Shown: positions 10,012 to 19,610 of the stretch, piece by piece
How positions within the stretch are numbered: position 1 is the stretch's first letter
How the letters are laid out: each line of letters opens with the position of its first letter
Assembly (NCBI GenBank): GCA_900539675.1
Contig: UQDJ01000001.1
Location: 39,776 to 103,775 of the forward strand
DNA from: an uncultured Coriobacteriaceae bacterium
GTDB lineage: Bacteria > Actinomycetota > Coriobacteriia > Coriobacteriales > Eggerthellaceae
Length of the DNA stretch: 64,000 nt
Direction of reading: 5' to 3'
Notes under the pieces: model-generated
Database searches by the model: none
The model's input: the letters and a program-made list of their open reading frames with translations, nothing else
What the model was told of the DNA's origin: nothing
Made by a program: the position numbers and the translations under genes

Positions 10012-11478
10012 TTACTTCTTAACAGGCTCTTCTTCGTCCTTCAGTGTACCAGCTTTAGCAGCTGCCATGCGCTCATGGAGAGCCTGCAGCTGACGTTCAG
10101 TTTCTTCGTCTTCAATACGCTGCAGTTCCTTGTTGTACGCATAGTCGTCGCGGATCTTGTCATTATCGCTAATGAGCAAGTACAGCACGATTGCGGCAAC
10201 GAAGCCAACACCGCCACCACGGGCAATGATGAAGCCGGCGATCATGCCAGACATGCCCTTGTCCAGGTCGTCGCGGACCAGACGGAAGCAAATCTGAGCG
10301 CACAGCCAGCCCTGAATCAGCAGTACTACTACGAGCAATGCTGCGGAAGCTGCCAAGGATGCCTCATACAGAGGATAGATGAACAGACCAACTACGGTGA
10401 AGATCAGGTTGGTACCAGAACCATCGTAGATGGAGTCCATGCCCTGACGGTCAGACTGCTGATAACGTGCGTAAGTAGCTACGCAGTAAGGAGCAGACAG
10501 AGGACCAGCAAGTGCCGGATACGGAGCGAAGAGACCAAGCAACAGGTTACGCAAACCACAAATAACGTTGGTGCGGTTCGGGTCGAATTCGATGTATTCG
10601 TCATCGCGAACTGCCTGCAGACCGAGCTGCTGAACGGTTACGAAGTCGCCGTATGCGATAACCCAAGCAACTACAGCATAGGGCAGAGCGTTAACCCATA
10701 CCATCGGGTCGGCAGCAAAGCCAATGAACAGAGGCGATACTACATGGAACATAGCCATGAAATCTGGCACCTTCAGGATTTCACCAGACCAGTTGAACTG
10801 GAATTCGCCAGCTGCACCACCGAGTACCAACAGAGCAATAACTGCCCACAAGAAGCTGTAGTTACCAAGAATGGCAACAAAGCGGTTGGTGCTCATGTAC
10901 TTACGTACACGCCTGGAGAACATCAGCAAGAATACAACAACCAAACCGCCAAGGCAGCCAACGGTTACGGTGTCAACTGCGCCGCCCTGAGTCAGGCGAA
11001 CAGCTACTGCGTTGACGCCAGCGCCCAGTACGATACCTGCTTTAATGGCAGGTGGTACCAGCGTGTTGAGCTTCTTGGAAAGGCCTGTTGCACCCAATAT
11101 GATGAACATCGCCGCCAATTCTAGTTCTATGGCAGTGAGCATCTGTAATCGAGCAACGCCAGGTTCAAGAGATTCCAAGAACACAACGATGATTGACATT
11201 GCCGGTGTAATCCAACCACAAATGGAAGGCTCACCTAACAGCCAGTTCAGAGTATAACAACTCGTTTCAAATACAACCAAAGCCCATGCTACTTCAGGAT
11301 CCAATCCCAACGTAGAAATAAGAACTGCCAGAGCGCCGTAAGAAGTACAAGCGTTCATCAAGCCCGTTACTACTTCCGGTGGGGAAATCTTGAAGTGAAT
11401 GAATGGTAGACGAATACGGAAGATCCAAAGCTTCCAGCAAGGCTGAATACCGCCGTACTCGCGCTTAAGCATAGCCAT
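10012..11478 (-). CDS. Polytopic membrane protein, probable permease of unassigned family
   Basis: 488 aa, >10 hydrophobic segments, charged C-terminal coiled tail (EEPVKK); strong RBS gaggagagagggg. Family not recognisable by eye. Confidence 0.55.
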   Translation of the reverse strand: MAMLKREYGGIQPCWKLWIFRIRLPFIHFKISPPEVVTGLMNACTSYGALAVLISTLGLDPEVAWALVVFETSCYTLNWLLGEPSICGWITPAMSIIVVFLESLEPGVARLQMLTAIELELAAMFIILGATGLSKKLNTLVPPAIKAGIVLGAGVNAVAVRLTQGGAVDTVTVGCLGGLVVVFLLMFSRRVRKYMSTNRFVAILGNYSFLWAVIALLVLGGAAGEFQFNWSGEILKVPDFMAMFHVVSPLFIGFAADPMVWVNALPYAVVAWVIAYGDFVTVQQLGLQAVRDDEYIEFDPNRTNVICGLRNLLLGLFAPYPALAGPLSAPYCVATYARYQQSDRQGMDSIYDGSGTNLIFTVVGLFIYPLYEASLAASAALLVVVLLIQGWLCAQICFRLVRDDLDKGMSGMIAGFIIARGGGVGFVAAIVLYLLISDNDKIRDDYAYNKELQRIEDEETERQLQALHERMAAAKAGTLKDEEEPVKK

Positions 11479-11481
11479 GGC

Positions 11482-11535
11482 CTAACCCCTCTCTCCTCGC
11501 ATGCAGCCTTTAGCTGCAGTGGAATGATCGACCAT
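11482..11535 (-). other. 17-codon upstream ORF (MVDHSTAAKGCMRGERG) with strong SD, stop 3 nt before main ATG; candidate leader peptide
   Basis: Minus strand: attAAGGAGGaaaagATGgtcgat...ggttag gcc ATGgct; canonical SD 6 nt upstream of uORF ATG. Confidence 0.25.
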
Positions 11536-12258
11536 CTTTTCCTCCTTAATTGATTCACACCGAAGACGAAAGTCTGTGCACGTTACTTAGGTCTAGTCGG
11601 TGTGTCTCCACGGAAAGTGGCTGATCGAGAAGAGTTCTGCTTCATTTGGCTTCAATACAGGTGCTTTATGCAGATGCAGTACGCTAATGCGTATAGAGGC
11701 AAAACCAAACGGAAATCCCCTCGCAACTCCCTTTCCCATGAAGATGGTCCCTACTTGAGTGCTTTCTTCACTGTTGTCATCCCCCTTTGGACAATACAGC
11801 GAATTGGACGAAAGGCTCGGGTACAAATATACACATCGGCCTAAAGTGTTACTAATCAATAATGAACATGTTATAAATAGCAAACAACAATATTATTCAT
11901 AGCGACTATCAGTTATCCCTTTATTCATAGTTTGTACTATTGAGTTATATATGAATAACGCATGAGCTTCTGTCATTTGAGCCTTTTTCAATCGGTTTAA
12001 TAAGATCAATTACTGCTGCTTCCATAGTTAGGATTAATACAACTTTTTGATAAGTGAGCCATTTACCCTCAAAAGCGTGAACGTGTTTCTTGACGAATAT
12101 TTTTTCGTCCCGTACCGTTTTCTTTATTGTTTAGTTGTGAGGGGATTTGCTGCTTTAATTGAGGGTTTTCGCACCATGCGAGAACAGCAGAAAATGCTTG
12201 CACAAAGGTTAAACCCCAACAGTTCTTAACTTGAGAGGGAGAAAGAGAGCAGTATGAG

Positions 12259-13545
12259 ATGTTTGCCTTAACCACTGCCCAAATCATTGCGATTGTGATC
12301 TTCATTGTCGTAATGGTCTTGATCGTAAGTGAGAAGGTGCACCGAACCGTAGCGGCCCTCGCTGGCGCCGTAGCACTTATTCTCACCGGAGTTGTAACGT
12401 TCGACATTGGTGTTGAACACATTGACTTCGGCACGTTAGGTGTTCTTGTCGGCATGATGATCTTTGTTGCCGTCGTTAAAAATTCAGGTATTTTCGAATA
12501 TCTGGCCATTAAAGCGGCAAAGGCCGCCAAAGGTAACCCCTGGATGATTATGGTGCTGTTCTGCCTGATCACCGCTGTGCTTTCGGCATTCTTAGACAAC
12601 GTAACCACCGTTCTTTTGATTGGTCCGGTTACCTACACCGTATGTAAGATGCTAGAAGTTAACCCAATCCCGTTCTTTATTACCGAAATCATCGCGTCCA
12701 ACGTCGGTGGTACCGCAACTTTGATTGGCGACCCACCAAACATCATGATTGGTTCTGCAACGGGTCTGACCTTCTTTGACTTCTTGATGTACGACGGTCC
12801 TGCCGTATTAATCATCTTGGTTGTTGCTATAGGCTTGTTCTATTTGCTCTACGGCAAGAAGATGGGCGTGGCAGCCGAAAAGCAACAAGCCATCATGACG
12901 CTTCATGCTCATGAAGCTATTAAAAGCAAGTCTTTATTCACCAAGAGCGTCGTGATGATTGTTCTGGTGGCCATCGCTTTTGTTATTCATGGCTGGGTTC
13001 ATGTTGAACCTAGTGTGGTTGCCCTTGCCGCCGCAGCAGTTATGATGCTGATCAGTCGCGCTCATGTTGAAGAAACCCTAGAAGATGTTGAATGGGCAAC
13101 GATCGGCTTTTTTGCCGGCCTGTTTGTGGTAGTAGGCGGCTTAGCTGAAACCGGCGTTATTGAAATGCTGGCTTACGCTCTGATCGATGCAACTGGCGGC
13201 GATATGCTGATCACTATTGTGGTGTTGGTCTGGGCATCTGCTATCGTGTCGTCTTTCCTGGACAACATCCCCATGGTTGCAACTTTGATTCCTATCATCC
13301 AGACCATGCAGGCCACCGGCATTGACGTTATGCCTTTGTGGTGGGCCGTATCTCTGGGCGCTTGCATCGGCGGTATCGGCACCCTGATCGGCGCTTCGGC
13401 CAATGTAGTATTAGCAGGCATGTCCACCAAGTATGGTCATCCCATCACCTTTATGGAATACACCAAAGTTGGCTTCCCGATGATGCTGGTATTCACTGCC
13501 ATCGCCTGTGCTTACCTGGTACTCCGCTTCGTTGTTCTGGCGTGA
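12259..13545 (+). CDS. ArsB/NhaD-superfamily (CitMHS-type) anion/cation permease, paralog 1
   Basis: 428 aa, ~12 TMs; VLSAFLDNVTTVLLIGPV and GGTATLIGDPPNIMIG motifs typical of ArsB/NhaD/CitMHS permeases; strong RBS gagggagaaagagag. Confidence 0.8.
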   Translation: MFALTTAQIIAIVIFIVVMVLIVSEKVHRTVAALAGAVALILTGVVTFDIGVEHIDFGTLGVLVGMMIFVAVVKNSGIFEYLAIKAAKAAKGNPWMIMVLFCLITAVLSAFLDNVTTVLLIGPVTYTVCKMLEVNPIPFFITEIIASNVGGTATLIGDPPNIMIGSATGLTFFDFLMYDGPAVLIILVVAIGLFYLLYGKKMGVAAEKQQAIMTLHAHEAIKSKSLFTKSVVMIVLVAIAFVIHGWVHVEPSVVALAAAAVMMLISRAHVEETLEDVEWATIGFFAGLFVVVGGLAETGVIEMLAYALIDATGGDMLITIVVLVWASAIVSSFLDNIPMVATLIPIIQTMQATGIDVMPLWWAVSLGACIGGIGTLIGASANVVLAGMSTKYGHPITFMEYTKVGFPMMLVFTAIACAYLVLRFVVLA

Positions 13546-13570
13546 CCCTGACGGCCACAAACCTCGTCAT

Positions 13571-13602
13571 CAAAACCCCGCTGCGATATAGCGGGGTTTT
13601 TT
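13571..13602 (+). terminator. Rho-independent terminator aaaaccccgctgcgatatagcggggtttttt
   Basis: 7-bp GC stem + 7-nt loop + U-tract immediately after permease paralog 1 stop. Confidence 0.6.
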
Positions 13603-14030
13603 GTTGCAGTAACGCCATATCTTCCCCCTTGATCATACCCCCTATGAAATTCTTCATTTTGATCAGGAGAATGTTCCGTCAGCCGGCTATTTATTACAGC
13701 TAACGTATTAATTAATGACCTGAAAACCTTATAGATGCATTATTGCTATATGGGCTTGATTCATATCCTTACGCTATCGATTTATAGGTGAACGTGTTCT
13801 TGACAGCAAATGAACGCGTTCTTATTTTTTAATAGGGGGGGATCATTGGTAAAAGAAGGCTTTAGTCCTTCTTTTTCTTATGTGCAATCACACCTTGAAT
13901 ATGACAGTTAAAGCTGAACATCCCTCACAACCGCTTGCAGAGCCGCGATTGTGAGGGGTTTTACTACTTCAAGGCATGCGATTACACACAATAGCCCTGA
14001 ATGTATAAGAAGTTATGAGGATAAAGGAGG

Positions 14031-15323
14031 TTGAGCATGCCTGAACTAACAACCCCACAGATCATTTCTATCGTGGTCTTTATTGTGGTGTTTGCTCTGA
14101 TCATTTCAGAAAAGGTTCATCGTACTGTTGCCGCGCTTGCGGGCGCCGTTGTGCTGATCTTACTGGGCATTATGGATTTCAATACCGGCATGACGCACAT
14201 CGACTTCGGCACGCTTGGCGTTTTGATCGGTATGATGATCTTTGTGGCTGTGGTTAAACAGTCGGGTATTTTCGAATACGTGGCTATTCAAACCGCCAAG
14301 ATAGCCAAAGGCAACCCTTGGGTTATCATGGTGCTGTTCACCATCATCACGGCTGTGCTATCAGCATTCTTGGATAATGTCACCACGGTTCTTCTGATTG
14401 GTCCGGTTACCTTTACGGTATGCAAGATGCTAGAAATGAGCCCGGTCCCCTTCTTTATCACAGAGATTATGGCTTCTAACATCGGTGGTACCGCAACACT
14501 TATTGGCGATCCGCCAAATATCATGATTGGCTCTGCTGCAAATCTGACGTTCATGGACTTCTTGAACTACAACGGTCCCGCAATTATTCTGGTAATGCTT
14601 GCGGCCCTTGGAATGTTTTATCTTTTGTACGGGCGCGGCATGTCCGCTTCAACCGCCGATCGCGAACACGTTATGGAAATGAATGCGAACGAAGCAATCA
14701 AAAGCAGGTCGCTGTTCCATAAAAGCGTTGTTATGACCCTTTTGGTCGCCGTTGCCTTCGTTACTCACAGTATGTTCAACGTGGAACCGAGTGTGGTAGC
14801 CCTCACCGCAGCTGCCGTTATGCTTCTTATTAGCCAAGCAGAAATTGAAAAAGTTCTTGTTGATGTTGAATGGGCAACGATCGGCTTCTTTGCTGGCTTA
14901 TTCATTGTTGTTGGCGGCTTAGTAGAAACCGGCGTTATCAACATGCTGGCAAATGCCCTTATTGAAGTGACGGGTGGACATATGATGATCACCATCATCG
15001 TACTCACCTGGGCATCAGCAATCATTTCGTCCTTCTTAGACAACATCCCCATGGTTGCAACCTTGATTCCTATTCTGATTGCCATGGAAAGCTCGGGCGT
15101 GGATATTATGCCTTACTGGTGGTCCATTTCACTGGGTGCTTGCATCGGCGGCATCGGTACGCTCATTGGCGCTTCGGCCAACGTTGTTCTGTCTGGCATG
15201 TCAGGACGCTATGGCTATCCCATTACGTTTATGCAATACACCAAGACAGCGTTCCCAATGATGATCGTATTTACGGCTATCTGTTGTGGCTACCTGATCT
15301 TGCGCTTCTGCGTATTTGCCTAA
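14031..15323 (+). CDS. ArsB/NhaD-superfamily (CitMHS-type) permease, paralog 2 (~70-75% identical to paralog 1)
   Basis: 430 aa; collinear with 12259..13545 (same motifs VLSAFLDNVTTVLLIGPV, GGTATLIGDPPNIMIGSA, SSFLDNIPMVATLIPI); RBS aaaggagg. Confidence 0.8.
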   Translation: MSMPELTTPQIISIVVFIVVFALIISEKVHRTVAALAGAVVLILLGIMDFNTGMTHIDFGTLGVLIGMMIFVAVVKQSGIFEYVAIQTAKIAKGNPWVIMVLFTIITAVLSAFLDNVTTVLLIGPVTFTVCKMLEMSPVPFFITEIMASNIGGTATLIGDPPNIMIGSAANLTFMDFLNYNGPAIILVMLAALGMFYLLYGRGMSASTADREHVMEMNANEAIKSRSLFHKSVVMTLLVAVAFVTHSMFNVEPSVVALTAAAVMLLISQAEIEKVLVDVEWATIGFFAGLFIVVGGLVETGVINMLANALIEVTGGHMMITIIVLTWASAIISSFLDNIPMVATLIPILIAMESSGVDIMPYWWSISLGACIGGIGTLIGASANVVLSGMSGRYGYPITFMQYTKTAFPMMIVFTAICCGYLILRFCVFA

Positions 15324-15371
15324 ATCGCACGCACGCAGCCCATCACGCGCCTCAAGTACGCGTACAATATA

Positions 15372-15406
15372 AGCCCTGTCACCTCTGCGGCGACAGGGCT
15401 TTTTTA
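15372..15406 (+). terminator. Rho-independent terminator agccctgtcacctctgcggcgacagggcttttttat
   Basis: 9-bp stem, U-tract; immediately downstream of paralog 2. Confidence 0.6.
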
Positions 15407-15508
15407 TAAGGCGCTATGACTCAGCAGTTACCCTAAGATGCATGAGTTATAGCCTTGCCGTTTTGACATGGCAGTTTAAACACAACACGCCCATCGAAAG
15501 GAACATTC

Positions 15509-15937
15509 ATGAGCAATGAAGGTAAGCGCGTTCGCGCACACTATGTTGGCACCTTTGATGACGGCACCGTATTCGATTCTTCAGTCGATCGCGGTGAACC
15601 GCTGGAATTTGTGTGCATGGCTGGACAGATGATCCCCGGCTTCGACAAAGCAGTCAATGAAATGGAAGTGGGCGAAACCAAAAAGGTTCACCTGCCCGCA
15701 TCTGAAGCATATGGCGAACGCAGTGAAGAACTGGTACAAACCGTTCCCACAGCAAACGTTCCAGGCGCCGAAGAGCTGCCTGTTGGTCAAACGGTATACC
15801 TGCAGGGCCCTGGTGGCCAACCCCTACCTGCTAAGGTGGTAGAAGTTACCCCCGAACATGTCACCTTTGACCTGAACCACGAAATGGCTGGCAAGGATCT
15901 CAACTTCGAAATTACCCTGGTTGAGGTTTTAGACTAA
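15509..15937 (+). CDS. FKBP-type peptidyl-prolyl cis-trans isomerase (SlyD/FkpB-like)
   Basis: 142 aa; VRAHYVGTFDDGTVFDSS...GEPLEFVCMAGQMIPGFDKAV... FKBP core with inserted flap domain. Confidence 0.8.
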   Translation: MSNEGKRVRAHYVGTFDDGTVFDSSVDRGEPLEFVCMAGQMIPGFDKAVNEMEVGETKKVHLPASEAYGERSEELVQTVPTANVPGAEELPVGQTVYLQGPGGQPLPAKVVEVTPEHVTFDLNHEMAGKDLNFEITLVEVLD

Positions 15938-16103
15938 TTTGATTAATTTAAAGTTTTAGATTTGCCGGCAGGCCTGAACGCCGATAATGCCGCCTTGCGA
16001 TAAGTCACTATACGATAAGCCACCATGCTATAAAAGCCCCGCTCAAGAACTCCTCTTAGCTATCCCATAGGTACGATCAAGTTCATTGAGCGGGGCTTCA
16101 TTG

Positions 16104-16511
16104 TTAATACAGCTTCGATGTAAACGGCATCAATCGATGTCTCTTTTTGCCATACATGGTCATCTGAGACACATTAAACAGCTTGCCATCGGAGAGACGA
16201 TACTGCTCAACCTTCCACTGCGAAATACGACCACCAGCGTGGATGGGAGTGGCTATCGTTTCTACCGTGTCTCCCTCCTGTACCGGAAGAAGATGAGTGC
16301 TGCTTACCTCTACTCCTAGAAAGAACATCTTTTCACTGTCATAGTGGTCGGTACAGCACTGGCTGGCGGCATTTTCTGCTAACGCAGCACTGATGCCGCC
16401 ATGCAACACACCATGAGGCTGAAGCATATCATGGGTCACCACCATATGGGTGACATATTTATCCGGCCTAGATTCAATCAAGGTAATACCCAAGATGTCT
16501 GATAATGCCAT
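16104..16511 (-). CDS. PaaI/YbgC-type hotdog-fold thioesterase
   Basis: 135 aa; HDMLQPHGVLHGGISAALAENAAS - signature HGG motif of PaaI thioesterases. Confidence 0.7.
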   Translation of the reverse strand: MALSDILGITLIESRPDKYVTHMVVTHDMLQPHGVLHGGISAALAENAASQCCTDHYDSEKMFFLGVEVSSTHLLPVQEGDTVETIATPIHAGGRISQWKVEQYRLSDGKLFNVSQMTMYGKKRHRLMPFTSKLY

Positions 16512-17120
16512 TTATCGTTCCTTTTCTTTAATGCCAGCTATCAATTCACGTTTACGCCGTTCGTAGTCTTCATCATGGCGCTTTTCAAGAGCAGCAATTT
16601 CTTCGTCTTCGCCCAGCGGAAGCCTCTCATGGACTTCGCGAGGTTCAGGATGAGGATGATTGTCAAAATAGCCCGTCTGACCGCGCACATTCCAAGCACA
16701 GATTGCAAAGGAAAGAGCAATGATTAAGGTCATGATGGTTGCCGGATTGATTTTTCCTTGCGACCACGCACTTGCGGTAAACCAGGCAGCCAATAAAGCG
16801 TAGAGAAAGGTGGCCCAAAAAAAGATAGCGATGCGGCGTGGATTATGTGCGCCCCACAAGCCTGACAGTGCAATAAGAAGGGTTAGCCCACCTTCGATAA
16901 CCGTCGATGGACCCACCTCCAAAATAGGAACCATTTCCTGCAAATGAAAAATGCCTGCAATTGAAAGACTGATAAAACCAACACCGAAACCGGCTTCGAT
17001 AACTGCCCATATCGCCAGAGCAATACACAAAACGCGGGTACGCCGCTGCCATATGGTATAGGGGCTACCATCGGCAGACAGACGTACCTTCTTTGGTTTC
17101 TTGTTTTGCTGTTTGAGCAC
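16512..17120 (-). CDS. Hypothetical membrane protein (4-5 TMs, acidic C-terminal tail)
   Basis: 202 aa; hydrophobic core segments, no recognisable family; contiguous with thioesterase gene (stop/start adjacent). Confidence 0.45.
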   Translation of the reverse strand: MLKQQNKKPKKVRLSADGSPYTIWQRRTRVLCIALAIWAVIEAGFGVGFISLSIAGIFHLQEMVPILEVGPSTVIEGGLTLLIALSGLWGAHNPRRIAIFFWATFLYALLAAWFTASAWSQGKINPATIMTLIIALSFAICAWNVRGQTGYFDNHPHPEPREVHERLPLGEDEEIAALEKRHDEDYERRKRELIAGIKEKER

Positions 17121-19592
17121 TTAGCTGCGAACCTCCGCGCCAGTAGAGCCACACACCTTCTTAATCAAACGTGCGTGTTGCTTATCCACTTCTTCAGTTG
17201 TCAGTGTACGATCGTCAGCACGATACTCAAGCTTATAGGCCATAGACTTCTTGCCTTCACCCAAACGCTTCTCATCGCGATACACATCGAACAGCTGAAC
17301 CGTATCAAGCAACTTACCACCAGCAGACGTAATTGCGCGCTGGAGTTTCTCATGCGTTACCGACTCGTCTACGACGAACGCCACGTCCATCGTTACTGCC
17401 GGGAACACCGAAACAGCTACATAATCGCGAGCAGGACGAGCGCACTTGATGAGCGCTTCCAAATCCAGCTCGAATGCAACAACCGGGGCCTGAGCTTCAA
17501 ACGCCTCACATGCTAAGGGGTGGATTTCACCAACCCAGCCAAGAGTGGTACCCCCCGAGAGAACTTCAGCTGCACGACCAGGTTGCAAGTGCGGAGCCTC
17601 ATCTGCCGAAAGAGCTTTGAAGCGAGCTTTTGGAATAGCCAGTTCGCGAATCAAACTTTCAATAACGCCTTTACCATCGAAGAAATCAAACGGTGCTGGC
17701 GTGTTGTTCCACTGAGCATCATGCATCGCACCTGCCATAACGGCCGCTAAACGCTGACGTTCTTTGGGCTTTTTCTTTCCTTCGGCGGCGAAGAATACCA
17801 CACCCGTTTCATAGAGCTGCACATTATGCACACCACGACTTTGGTTGTACGCTACACTGCGCAGCAAGCCCGGAATAATAGACTGGCGCATAACTGACTG
17901 TTCTGCATTGAGGGGATTGAGCAGCTCAACCGGAATACCCAAGCCCTCTGTAGGCATACGCAGCTGTTCGAGCTCATGCGGATCACCAAACGAATAGGTC
18001 ATAGTCTCGTTCAAGCCGCACGCGCGCAAGGTGTTGTTAACCTTATCCATCGTGCGCTGAGCCTCGGTGCGCTCGCCCAAACGGCCCGCCCCCGCGGGAA
18101 GCGTGGATTCGATGCGATCCATACCCCACAAACGCAGTACTTCTTCATAGAGATCAATTTCACGTTCCAGGTCAGGACGAAACGTTGGCGCTATAACGCC
18201 CAACATATTCGGATCGCCCGTTTCATCTACCTTACAACCCAAACGACGCAGTACATCAACAATGAAGTCGCGCGGAATAGCGGAGCCCATCATCTTGTTG
18301 AAGCGCGGAATGCGGAACAACAACTTTATTTCCTCAGTAGGAAGCGGATATTCATCAACAATGCCCTTATCGTTAAACGCGGCATAGCTTACCTTGCCGC
18401 CGGACACTTCAGCAATCAGTGCTGCAGCAGCGGCCGAGCGAACATCCATGCCGTGATCATCTACCCCGCGCTCATAACGCATAGAACTTTCAGACATAAG
18501 ACCAAGGTTGCGGCTGGTTCGACTGGTACGACCTGCCTCGAAAGCAGCTGCTTCCAAGAGAATATCAACCGTTTTATCGGTTACTTCGGTGTCCAGGCCA
18601 CCCATAACGCCAGCCAGGGCCACAGCGCCACGTTCAGGCGTAGAAATAACAGTCATATCAGGCGTTAAGATACGCTCTTCACCATCTAGCGTGGTCAGCT
18701 TTTCGCCTTCTTCGGCAGCGCGAACCACAATGTGAGCTTTGCCATCACTATCTTTTAAGGTATCTAAGTCAAAAGCGTGAAGTGGCTGACCGAACAGGAA
18801 CAGGATGTAATTCGTTACGTCAACAATGTTATTGATGGAACGCTGGCCAATAGATGCCAAACGCTCAACCATCCAATCTGGCGAAGGGCCAACCTTGCAG
18901 CCACGAATAACGCGCGCAGTATAGCGCGGGCAGCGCTTCGGCTCTTCAATGGTTACCTGGACGGTTTCATCGACGGGCGTTGCAGAGGTATCCAGCTCCA
19001 ACATTTCAACCATATGATCAAGCGGACAGGTATACGGCACTTGATACATGGCGCCCACTTCGCGCGCCATGCCAACAATAGACAAGCTGTCCGGTCGATT
19101 GGGAGTAATTTCCAAATCCAAAACCGTATCCGACAAGCCAGCGTAATCCGCATAAGGCATACCCACCGGGGCATCTTCAGGCAAAATCATAATACCCTCG
19201 TGGTCGCTGCCTAAGCCCAGCTCACGCGCAGAGCAGCACATACCGCAGCTTGCAACGCCGCGCAACTTGGACTTTTTAATCTTGAAGTCGCCTGGAAGAA
19301 CTGCGCCTATCGTTGCCACCGCAACCTTAATGCCCGCTTTGATATTGGGAGCGCCACATACAATTTGCAGCGGTTCATCTTCTCCCACATCAACCTGAAC
19401 AACATGCATGTGATCGCTATCGGGATGATCTATGCAGGTTTCTACATAGCCAACGACTACCCCGTCAAAGGCAGCGCCCGTTCTATCCACACCTTCAACT
19501 CCTGTGCCGGTAAGATCCAAACGGTCGCAGAAGGCCTTAATATCGCTCGGCACCTCAACATACTGTGAGAGCCATTTCAAAGATACTTTCAT
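17121..19592 (-). CDS. pheT: Phenylalanine--tRNA ligase beta subunit
   Basis: 823 aa; MKVSLKWLSQYVEVPSD... classic PheT N-terminus, B3/B4, B5 and FDX-ACB domains; directly follows pheS. Confidence 0.95.
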   Translation of the reverse strand: MKVSLKWLSQYVEVPSDIKAFCDRLDLTGTGVEGVDRTGAAFDGVVVGYVETCIDHPDSDHMHVVQVDVGEDEPLQIVCGAPNIKAGIKVAVATIGAVLPGDFKIKKSKLRGVASCGMCCSARELGLGSDHEGIMILPEDAPVGMPYADYAGLSDTVLDLEITPNRPDSLSIVGMAREVGAMYQVPYTCPLDHMVEMLELDTSATPVDETVQVTIEEPKRCPRYTARVIRGCKVGPSPDWMVERLASIGQRSINNIVDVTNYILFLFGQPLHAFDLDTLKDSDGKAHIVVRAAEEGEKLTTLDGEERILTPDMTVISTPERGAVALAGVMGGLDTEVTDKTVDILLEAAAFEAGRTSRTSRNLGLMSESSMRYERGVDDHGMDVRSAAAAALIAEVSGGKVSYAAFNDKGIVDEYPLPTEEIKLLFRIPRFNKMMGSAIPRDFIVDVLRRLGCKVDETGDPNMLGVIAPTFRPDLEREIDLYEEVLRLWGMDRIESTLPAGAGRLGERTEAQRTMDKVNNTLRACGLNETMTYSFGDPHELEQLRMPTEGLGIPVELLNPLNAEQSVMRQSIIPGLLRSVAYNQSRGVHNVQLYETGVVFFAAEGKKKPKERQRLAAVMAGAMHDAQWNNTPAPFDFFDGKGVIESLIRELAIPKARFKALSADEAPHLQPGRAAEVLSGGTTLGWVGEIHPLACEAFEAQAPVVAFELDLEALIKCARPARDYVAVSVFPAVTMDVAFVVDESVTHEKLQRAITSAGGKLLDTVQLFDVYRDEKRLGEGKKSMAYKLEYRADDRTLTTEEVDKQHARLIKKVCGSTGAEVRS

Positions 19593-19610
19593 GTCACTTA
19601 TCCTTCTCGT

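Noticed and set aside
10075-11124. 349-aa plus-strand ORF
   Set aside because: It is entirely antisense to the 488-aa membrane protein gene. The translation is Gln/Asn/Val-rich low complexity with no motif, an artefact of the GC-rich coding strand opposite.
11840-12130. AT-rich ~300-bp tract as a possible mobile-element remnant or integration scar
   Set aside because: It has no inverted terminal repeats, no transposase/integrase fragment and no tRNA adjacency. It is more simply the promoter/leader region of the permease paralog, and an equivalent AT-rich leader precedes paralog 2.
17976-18668. 230-aa plus-strand ORF and neighbours (18777..19214)
   Set aside because: They lie inside pheT on the opposite strand. 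The pheT translation is unambiguous, so the antisense ORFs were discarded.
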